This document shows, in pieces, positions 57,689-64,000 of a stretch of DNA of 64,000 nt. The stretch comes from an uncultured Alphaproteobacteria bacterium (GTDB lineage Bacteria > Pseudomonadota > Alphaproteobacteria > MPNO01 > UBA2964), in the NCBI GenBank assembly GCA_943787225.1, contig CALSLP010000001.1:840964-904963 (forward strand). The letters run 5' to 3'. Below the pieces are notes generated by a model. The model was not told where the DNA came from and searched no databases. It saw only the letters and a program-made list of their open reading frames with translations. The position numbers and the translations under genes are program-made. Within the stretch, counting starts at the first letter, position 1. Each line of letters begins with the position of its first letter.

Positions 57689-59113
57689 ATGACCATCGAT
57701 TTGACTGCTCGAATACCCAATAACGTCAATCTCGCCGAAGACCGTCGCCTTCAAAGGGCCTTGGAGTCTTGGCAACCGACATTCGTTAATTGGTGGAAGG
57801 ATATGGGTCCTGAAGGAGCGCTTAATCACGATATCTATTTGAGAACGGCAGTTGACGTGGCGGCAGAGGGCTGGGCGCATTTCGATTATGTGAAGATGCC
57901 GGAATACCGTTGGGGTATATTTGTCGCGCCACCGGTCGAAGGCCGGACAATTGGTTTCGGTGAGCACAAAGGGCAAGCGGTCTGGAATGAAGTGCCCGGG
58001 GAATATCGGTCTTCGCTTCGTCGCTTGATCGTTACGCAGGGCGATACGGAGCCTGCCTCCGTTGAACAGCAACGAATGCTCGGTCTCACCTGTCCTTCTC
58101 TTTATGACCTGCGAAACCTATTCCAGGTTAACTGCGAGGAGGGCCGCCACTTGTGGGCCATGGTTTACCTGCTACACGCTTATTTTGGTCGCGATGGCCG
58201 TGAGGAGGCGGAGGCGCTGCTGGAACGTCATTCGGGTGACCCGGACAAGCCGCGTATTCTCGGGGCTTTTAATGAACAGACGCCAGACTGGCTTTCCTAC
58301 TTTATGTTTACGTTCTTCACCGACCGGGATGGTAAGTTCCAACTGTCCTCCCTAGCTGAATCAGCCTTCGATCCGTTAGCCCGAACCTGTCAGTTTATGC
58401 TGACGGAGGAGGGGCACCATATGTTCATCGGCACGACCGGTGTTGCGCGCGTGGTCACCCGCACCTGCCAGGTCATGAAGGACCTAAAGACCGATGATCC
58501 GGAGCGTATTCGATCAGCGGGCGCAATTGATCTGCCAACCTTGCAGCGTTACCTCAATTTTCATTACAGCGTGTCTCTTGATCTCTTTGGTCAGGAGATA
58601 TCAACTAATGCAGCCAACTACTTCACGGCGGGCCTCAAGGGACGTTTTGAGGAGAGCAAAATCGATGACGATCATCATCTAAACGATGACACATATTCGA
58701 TCACCATGTTTGACGATGATCAGATCAAGAAAATCGATTGCAATGCGCTGGTCGCCGTCAACGAACGCCTGAGGGATGATTATGTAACGGACTGTCAATT
58801 GGGCGTCGATCGCTGGAATAAAATATTGCGGAAATACAAGATCGATTCCCGGCTGGCTCTCCCGCACCGCGGCTTTAACCGATATGTCGGTTCTTTTTCT
58901 GGTGCGACGATAACGCCTGATGGAGACCTCATCACTGCGGCCGAGTGGACAAAGGGCAAAGATGACTGGTTGCCATCAGAGCACGACCGCGCCTTTGTCA
59001 TTTCGCTCCAGAAGCCTGTCACAGAGCCCGGAAAGATGGCTGGATGGATCGCTCCACCCGGTCGTGGGATCGACGGGCGCCCGCTAGACTTCGAATATGT
59101 CAAGTTCCACTGA
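57689..59113 (+). CDS. BoxB-like di-iron protein (benzoyl-CoA 2,3-epoxidase oxygenase-component family), orphan
   Basis: MTIDLTARIPNNVNLAEDRRLQRALESWQPTFVNWWKDMGPEG...VTQGDTEPASVEQQR...NCEEGRHLWAMVYLLH...MLTEEGHHMF closely follows the BoxB sequence pattern I recall, including the two ExxH di-iron motifs. No boxA or boxC lies nearby. Confidence 0.75.
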   Translation: MTIDLTARIPNNVNLAEDRRLQRALESWQPTFVNWWKDMGPEGALNHDIYLRTAVDVAAEGWAHFDYVKMPEYRWGIFVAPPVEGRTIGFGEHKGQAVWNEVPGEYRSSLRRLIVTQGDTEPASVEQQRMLGLTCPSLYDLRNLFQVNCEEGRHLWAMVYLLHAYFGRDGREEAEALLERHSGDPDKPRILGAFNEQTPDWLSYFMFTFFTDRDGKFQLSSLAESAFDPLARTCQFMLTEEGHHMFIGTTGVARVVTRTCQVMKDLKTDDPERIRSAGAIDLPTLQRYLNFHYSVSLDLFGQEISTNAANYFTAGLKGRFEESKIDDDHHLNDDTYSITMFDDDQIKKIDCNALVAVNERLRDDYVTDCQLGVDRWNKILRKYKIDSRLALPHRGFNRYVGSFSGATITPDGDLITAAEWTKGKDDWLPSEHDRAFVISLQKPVTEPGKMAGWIAPPGRGIDGRPLDFEYVKFH

Positions 59114-59174
59114 GATGATATCGAGGCGAGAAAGATTTTTTTGAGCGTATTCTTTCGCGACGCGCTAGACGCGG

Positions 59175-60707
59175 CTAGACCTCGCGACTTAGGAATCTAG
59201 CTGCGTCTTCGCGCACAGCCTTTTTTCTTTCCTCGCTCATCCGATCCCAAGTGCGATAGACAGGCCCCAAACGCGGATTATCACCCAGATGTTCTCTATT
59301 CCTCGCCATAAAGTCCCAATAGAGATAATTGAACGGACAAGCGTCGGGCCCTTCTTTTTCTTTAACCTTGTAACGGCAAGATGAACAGTAATCGGACATC
59401 TTGTTGATGTAATTGCCGCTCGCTGCATAGGGCTTTGAGCCTAACAAGCCACCATCGGCAAACTGACTCATGCCAAGCGTATTGGGCAGTTCGACCCATT
59501 CATAAGCGTCGGCATAAACAGCGAGATACCATTCATGCACAGCTTTGGGATCCACACCGGCGAGCATGGCAAAATTACCCGTGACCATAAGTCTCTGAAT
59601 GTGATGGGCGTAGGCTTCATCTCGCGTTTGTTCTATGCAGGCCCGGAGGCAAGCCATGTCAGTGTCAGCGGACCAGTAGAAGGCCGGCAGTTGCTTTGAA
59701 TTTCCAAAAAAGTTTAGGTCCACATAGTCCGGCATTTTTAGCCAGTAAATACCGCGCACATATTCTCGCCATCCAATGATCTGCCGGATGAAACCCTCTG
59801 CCGAATTCAACGGCACGCGCCCTTTGCGGTATTCCTCTTCTATGAGCCGGCAAACTGTGAGCGGGTCAAGCAAGCCTGCATTGATGTAAAGCGAAAGGAA
59901 GGCATGAAAGAGGAACCGCTCGTCTTTTAGCATGGCGTCCTGGTAATCGCCGAAGGAGGGTAGTCCGCTGTCGATGAATTGCTGGAGTGCTGCTTCGGCT
60001 TCCCGGCGCGTGACCGCGAACCAAAACGGCTCTAGCGTGCCAAAATGATCGGTAAAGCGGTCTGATACCAGGGCAAGGACGTCCTCGGTAATAGCGTCGG
60101 GTTCAAAACGTTTTGGACCGACGAAGTCGAGATCTTTTCCCGCAGGCTTTCTATTCTCCGCATCGAAATTCCATTTACCGCCTTCCGGCTTGTCTCCATC
60201 TATAAGAAGCCCGGTCTTGCGGCGCATGTCGCGATAGAAATATTCCATACGGAGCTGTTTGCGGCCATGCGCCCATCCAGCAAATTCGGAGCGGGAACAC
60301 AAAAATCGGTCGTCATCGAGAATGGTCACAGGGACCGACAGTCGATTTGCCAGCTCCTCGAAATTTCTTCTCAGGCGCCATTCTCCTGGTTCCGTGACAA
60401 GGACGCGATCGCAACCGTGATCCTTCACAGCACGCTCGATTTCGCCGACCAGCGATCCTGAGTTCTTCGGATCATCCAACTTAAAGTAATTAACGGACCA
60501 TCCGGCTTCTCTGAGCTCCTCCGCGAAATGGCGCATTGCCGAAAAGAGAAAGGCTATTTTTTTCTTATGGTGAGGAACATAAGTAGCCTCGTCTACCACT
60601 TCTGACATCAGGACCACGTCTTGAGCTGGGTCAGCGGCGTTGAGAGACGAAATCATTGGCGAGAGTTGGTCGCCCAAGATCACGACAAGAGTATTATCAG
60701 TTTTCAA
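59175..60707 (-). CDS. FeS-containing cryptochrome/photolyase family protein (PhrB/CryB-like, (6-4) photolyase group)
   Basis: 510-aa ORF with N-terminal LVVILGDQLS. The C-terminal Cys pattern CSSC-x12-C fits the [4Fe-4S] ligands of the FeS-BCP group. TTG start. Confidence 0.8.
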   Translation of the reverse strand: MKTDNTLVVILGDQLSPMISSLNAADPAQDVVLMSEVVDEATYVPHHKKKIAFLFSAMRHFAEELREAGWSVNYFKLDDPKNSGSLVGEIERAVKDHGCDRVLVTEPGEWRLRRNFEELANRLSVPVTILDDDRFLCSRSEFAGWAHGRKQLRMEYFYRDMRRKTGLLIDGDKPEGGKWNFDAENRKPAGKDLDFVGPKRFEPDAITEDVLALVSDRFTDHFGTLEPFWFAVTRREAEAALQQFIDSGLPSFGDYQDAMLKDERFLFHAFLSLYINAGLLDPLTVCRLIEEEYRKGRVPLNSAEGFIRQIIGWREYVRGIYWLKMPDYVDLNFFGNSKQLPAFYWSADTDMACLRACIEQTRDEAYAHHIQRLMVTGNFAMLAGVDPKAVHEWYLAVYADAYEWVELPNTLGMSQFADGGLLGSKPYAASGNYINKMSDYCSSCRYKVKEKEGPDACPFNYLYWDFMARNREHLGDNPRLGPVYRTWDRMSEERKKAVREDAARFLSREV

Positions 60708-60754
60708 CTAAGCGTGCCTTAATGGCTAAACCAAAAACTCGACATCATAAAAGA

Positions 60755-60780
60755 TACGTAACCCGTCCTCTGTTGGATCG
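60755..60780 (-). promoter_or_regulatory. ECF sigma-E-type promoter candidate (CGATCC-N16-CGTA) upstream of the FeS photolyase gene
   Basis: Minus strand reads CGATCC aacagaggacgggtta CGTA. Confidence 0.6.
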
Positions 60781-60789
60781 CCTTCGATG

Positions 60790-60815
60790 TGATCGGACCG
60801 GCGTCGAACCACGTA
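60790..60815 (+). promoter_or_regulatory. ECF sigma-E-type promoter candidate (TGATCG-N16-CGTA) upstream of the gpx / ubiG / DUF3429 / DUF2256 / DUF4149 unit
   Basis: Plus strand reads TGATCG gaccggcgtcgaacca CGTA. Its -35 hexamer lies 9 bp from the -35 of the divergent site at 60755-60780. Confidence 0.6.
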
Positions 60816-60851
60816 AAATGGTTAGAATCGACTAACAGGAACCCTCCTCTA

Positions 60852-61412
60852 ATGCGACTATTCATTCTGTCAGCGATGTTGCCGATGTTCATGTCGTTTG
60901 CCGTTATCTCAGATGACATAAAGTCCGCCCACGCCTTTACCTTTACGTCTATCGAGGGCTCTCCCTTGCCTCTTGCCTCGTTCGAAGGAAAAACAGTGTT
61001 GGTGGTTAACACCGCCTCGCGCTGTGGCTTCACTAAACAGTATGGCGGTCTGCAAACCGTGTGGAAGCGCTATCGCGACCGCGGGCTCGTGGTTCTCGGT
61101 GTGCCGTCAAACGATTTTGGTAATCAAGAGCCAGGGACTGCGGCAGAGATTAAGAACTTCTGCGAGGTAAATTTCGACGTGGATTTCCCAATGGCCGATA
61201 AAGTCCATGTCAAAGGCGAAAATGCACATCCTTTCTATCGGTGGGCAGCAAGGAAGCTTGGACCAAACGCTAAACCACGTTGGAATTTTCACAAGTACCT
61301 GATCGCACCGGACGGAAAGCTTGTCGCCTGGTTTTCCACGACCACATCACCGACCTCGACCGAGGTGACGCGCACTATCGAGAAATACCTCGTTAGGGCG
61401 CCAAAGGGTTAA
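60852..61412 (+). CDS. glutathione peroxidase (periplasmic leader)
   Basis: GKTVLVVNTASRCGFTKQYGGLQ...LGVPSNDFGNQEPG...WNFHKYLI are the Gpx motifs with a catalytic Cys. Start set at Met 60852, downstream of the promoter candidate. Confidence 0.85.
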   Translation: MRLFILSAMLPMFMSFAVISDDIKSAHAFTFTSIEGSPLPLASFEGKTVLVVNTASRCGFTKQYGGLQTVWKRYRDRGLVVLGVPSNDFGNQEPGTAAEIKNFCEVNFDVDFPMADKVHVKGENAHPFYRWAARKLGPNAKPRWNFHKYLIAPDGKLVAWFSTTTSPTSTEVTRTIEKYLVRAPKG

Positions 61413-61492
61413 ATAGAAAGAGCGAGCATTGCAGTCTTGGCCAACTCATTTGCTTTTCAATGCTGACTAAAGACCAGTTAGACGGAAACGTA

Positions 61493-62233
61493 ATGGCGTC
61501 AGACACCGTAGACCCGGCGGAGATAGCTAGGTTCACATCGCTCGCCGAAGAGTGGTGGAACCCAAACGGCAGATTCCGCGCGATCCATAAGTTCAATCCA
61601 GTTCGGCGCGACTACATTTTGAATGCGATCTCTATCACTTTTGGCCTGAAACTATCGGATAGGTACCCATTGGCCGGTTTGAATGTTCTGGATGTGGGTT
61701 GCGGCGCTGGCCTCCTTTGCGAACCCCTCGCTGAGCAGGGCGCACATGTGGTCGGCATTGACGCCACCGCTCGAAACATAGACGTCGCCCGCCTGCATGC
61801 TTCGGCGCAGTCGCTGCCAATCGACTATCGTCACTCTCTCGCGGAGCATGTCCGCGAGAGAGGCGAGCGCTTCGATGTGGTTCTCAACACAGAAGTCGTC
61901 GAACATGTGGCCAATCCCGAACAGCTTTTGGCGGACTGTGCTGCTCTCGTAAAACCCGGCGGCATTATGGTCGTGGCGACGCTGAACCGGACACTGCGGG
62001 CTTTCTTGTTGGCTATCGTTGGTGCCGAATACATTTTGAGGTGGTTGCCAAAGGGTACGCACGATTGGCGGCGTTTCCTTCGGCCGAAAGAGATCGGCGA
62101 CATGCTGGCTCGCCATGGCCTTGAGACCAAAGAAGTCCGAGGGGTGTCTTTCAATCCATGGGCCAACCGCTGGCGTCTATCCAATGATGACAGCGTCAAC
62201 TACATGCTTCTCGCAGAAAAAAAAGGGTCATGA
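61493..62233 (+). CDS. ubiG: ubiquinone biosynthesis O-methyltransferase UbiG
   Basis: DPAEIARFTSLAEEWWNPNGRFRAIHKFNPVRRDYI and the SAM motif VLDVGCGAGLLCEPLA. Confidence 0.85.
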   Translation: MASDTVDPAEIARFTSLAEEWWNPNGRFRAIHKFNPVRRDYILNAISITFGLKLSDRYPLAGLNVLDVGCGAGLLCEPLAEQGAHVVGIDATARNIDVARLHASAQSLPIDYRHSLAEHVRERGERFDVVLNTEVVEHVANPEQLLADCAALVKPGGIMVVATLNRTLRAFLLAIVGAEYILRWLPKGTHDWRRFLRPKEIGDMLARHGLETKEVRGVSFNPWANRWRLSNDDSVNYMLLAEKKGS

Positions 62234-62712
62234 ACGCTTTGAGGGATGCTCAGGGGGCGTCGGATGAGGCAAGGCGCGTGCCACGTGCAGCAAAATATCT
62301 GGGTGCCGCAGGCGTTATACCTTTCGCGGCGATTGCGATTGCGGGGCCATTCCTAACCGATCCGCTCAAGAATTCTGCGTTACTTGCCCTGATTGCATAT
62401 GGTGCTGTCATTCTTTCCTTCTTAGGCGGCATTCATTGGGGCTTATCGATTGCAACGCCGCGAGAGAGGGGACCGGGTGGCGCAAGCTTTCGGCGACTTG
62501 GTATAAGCGTTCTCCCCGCCCTGATTGGATGGGTCGCACTAATTTTGGACCCACCGGTCGGCATATTCATCCTGGCGATTTCATTCGGCCTGGTGCTCGC
62601 TGTTGATTTAGACGCGAGCCGCAAAGGGGAAGCGCCGGCTTGGTATCCAAGCCTTCGTTGGCCTCTTACCCTGGGCGTTATCGCCTCACTTCTCATTGGC
62701 GCGTTAGCGTAA
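62230..62712 (+). CDS. DUF3429 family membrane protein
   Basis: 160-aa ORF with 4 TM segments and the motif YGAVILSFLGGIHWG. Its ATG overlaps the ubiG stop (ATGA). Confidence 0.6.
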   Translation: MNALRDAQGASDEARRVPRAAKYLGAAGVIPFAAIAIAGPFLTDPLKNSALLALIAYGAVILSFLGGIHWGLSIATPRERGPGGASFRRLGISVLPALIGWVALILDPPVGIFILAISFGLVLAVDLDASRKGEAPAWYPSLRWPLTLGVIASLLIGALA

Positions 62713-62744
62713 TGCAAGCGTGACGTTAAGAGCAGCGGTAAACC

Positions 62745-62909
62745 ATGAGCCCTAAATGCGATTTCCCGACAAAAACGTGCATGTCCTGCGGCAGACCGTT
62801 TGTCTGGCGGCGCGAGTGGATCGCGTGCTGGGACTCGGTCAAGTATTGCTCCGAACGGTGTCGACGCGGCCGTCGCACGCCCCTGCAGTCTGAACGACGA
62901 GTGTCATGA
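62745..62909 (+). CDS. DUF2256-type small zinc-ribbon protein (54 aa, below the ORF-track cut-off)
   Basis: MSPKCDFPTKTCMSCGRPFVWRREWIACWDSVKYCSERCRRGRR matches the DUF2256 pattern I recall, a family often found next to photolyase genes. Its stop overlaps the next gene's ATG (ATGA). Confidence 0.65.
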   Translation: MSPKCDFPTKTCMSCGRPFVWRREWIACWDSVKYCSERCRRGRRTPLQSERRVS

Positions 62910-63337
62910 ACATTTTGGACATTTTTGATGTCGTAGGTCTGGTCGCGGTGGCCGGCGTCTTTGGGGTAATGGCTTTTTTCTCTTTTGTGGTCGCCCCGGT
63001 AACCTTCATTCATCTGGATGAGGCCACGGCCGGACGCTTTATCCGGAGCCTTTTCCCCTGGTACTATCTTACCCTGATAGTACTCCCTTTTATCGGCGCG
63101 GCTTCGCTTTCGGCCACGCATTATATCGACGCGTCCATCATGGCATTGATCGCCCTTGGCGCCGTCTTTTCCCGCCAGATTTTGCTGCCACGGATAAACG
63201 GGTACAGAGACCGTATGCTTTCAGGAGACATATCCGCGGAAAAGAAATTCGACGGCCTTCACAGATTGTCGGTTTTGATCAACGGCGTTCAGCTATTGGG
63301 CGCCTTTGCGGTGCTTGTCCATCTAGCGATCACTTGA
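62906..63337 (+). CDS. DUF4149 (TMEM205-like) membrane protein
   Basis: 143-aa ORF with 4 TM segments, reading FFSFVVAPVTFIHLDEATAGRFIRSLFPWYY. Confidence 0.55.
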   Translation: MNILDIFDVVGLVAVAGVFGVMAFFSFVVAPVTFIHLDEATAGRFIRSLFPWYYLTLIVLPFIGAASLSATHYIDASIMALIALGAVFSRQILLPRINGYRDRMLSGDISAEKKFDGLHRLSVLINGVQLLGAFAVLVHLAIT

Positions 63338-63356
63338 TGCCAACCAGGAGACCTCT

Positions 63357-63683
63357 TTGAAAAAACTCCCCTATACGGCGACAACACGGACCGGCGACGT
63401 GTTCGATATTGAGTTCCCGTTACACAACGATACGGTGGATGCAGTCAGAGTGGGACAGCTAGTCTCCTCACTATTGCAGGCAATCGACAAGGACTTTGAT
63501 GTTGTCGGAGAAATGAGCAATGGCGACGTGCTCCAAGCCCTAGCCATGGCCACTGCTGTTCGAGCCCGAATGATCCATGCCTCACAAGACTTAACCGAGG
63601 CTATTGCGAAAGAACTTGTCGGCATTGCGCTAGGAGCGGTCGCAGAGGCAGGACATCATGAGGCAACGGCGGGCCATGCTTAG
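63357..63683 (+). CDS. hypothetical protein
   Basis: 108-aa ORF with a TTG start preceded by AGGAG. No recognisable family. Confidence 0.4.
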   Translation: MKKLPYTATTRTGDVFDIEFPLHNDTVDAVRVGQLVSSLLQAIDKDFDVVGEMSNGDVLQALAMATAVRARMIHASQDLTEAIAKELVGIALGAVAEAGHHEATAGHA

Positions 63684-63767
63684 GACCGCGCCCCTTATGT
63701 AAAAAGAGAACCGCACCTCCAGCCTTTCCAAACCGCAACGCACCTTATCGGCGAGGAGATTTGGACG

Positions 63768-64000
63768 TTAAATTCGGCGCGCCAGTGTAACGGCGACCGC
63801 TGAACCAAGACCTACAAGCGAACACCATGCCTCAGAGAACATCGATGGCGTATTATCGAGTCTATTTCGGGCATCATCTCGGTGCCGAATTTCGTCTGTC
63901 CGGCAGCGTTCCAATATATCGAGGATCTCGCTGAACCGCTCGTCTTGAGACAAGCGACCGATCTGTCTGGCGTAATGTTCGTCCACAAATGTCTCGACCG
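63768..64000 (-). CDS. demethoxyubiquinone hydroxylase (Coq7)-family protein, C-terminal part (gene starts beyond the window end)
   Basis: The frame is open to base 64000. ERCRTDEIRHRD (an ExxH di-iron motif) is followed by a hydrophobic tail, as in Coq7-like proteins. Confidence 0.5.
   Translation of the reverse strand, partial: VETFVDEHYARQIGRLSQDERFSEILDILERCRTDEIRHRDDARNRLDNTPSMFSEAWCSLVGLGSAVAVTLARRI

Noticed and set aside
62726-63121. A 131-aa minus-strand ORF.
   Set aside because: It is antisense to the DUF2256 and DUF4149 genes, which have recognisable family patterns and ATGA translational coupling.

Overview
The window looks like an alphaproteobacterial chromosome segment, judging from gene content and synteny. 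It has two distinct halves.

**Bases 1-35,400: core genome**
- addB, a murU-like gene, an amgK-like gene and tsaE.
- A PAS histidine kinase.
- The conserved ahcY / NPr / EIIA-Man / rapZ / hprK / chvG-chvI / pckA block.
- An Fe(3+) ABC transporter with Fur-box-like operators.
- Two tandem DMT transporters.
- A small accessory cluster: a PhtD-like gene, GST, PrpD-family and arylsulfotransferase-like genes.
- A 616-aa TPR protein built from 102-bp tandem repeats.
- polA, an M23 peptidase, an ABC ATPase and a lipase-like hydrolase.

**From tRNA-Arg(CCG) at 35,445-35,521 to the window end: accessory-like region**
- It is visibly more AT-rich.
- It is dominated by light and photo-oxidative-stress functions: BLUF, a Cys-less LOV-like PAS protein, a CPD photolyase, an FeS (6-4)-type photolyase, TspO, Dps, glutathione peroxidase, ubiG, ubiX and a Coq7-like gene.
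- It also carries an ECF sigma / ChrR anti-sigma pair and an IS1380-family transposase remnant.

**Main finding**
I found 11 strict copies and 1 relaxed copy of a bipartite motif, nGATCn-N16-CGTA.
- Each copy is intergenic and correctly oriented upstream of a gene or operon in this second half.
- One copy lies upstream of the sigma/anti-sigma operon itself.
- There are three head-to-head pairs.
- I read this as a physically clustered RpoE-ChrR-type (singlet-oxygen) regulon.
- It appears to include members I do not recognise as described: an orphan BoxB-like di-iron protein, a PF10014-type 2OG dioxygenase, the Cys-less LOV-like protein, a fasciclin-ubiX-folE unit, an orphan 2Fe-2S protein and several small hypothetical proteins.

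**Second theme: disrupted reading frames**
- Frameshifts occur across the whole window, including polA, the PAS kinase and both DMT genes.
- In-frame stop codons at conserved residues were seen only in the second half: dps, enoyl-CoA hydratase, the Rieske oxygenase and the transposase.
- From a single sequence I cannot separate sequencing or assembly indels from true pseudogenes.

No CRISPR array, prophage, integrase or recognisable anti-phage defence genes were seen.
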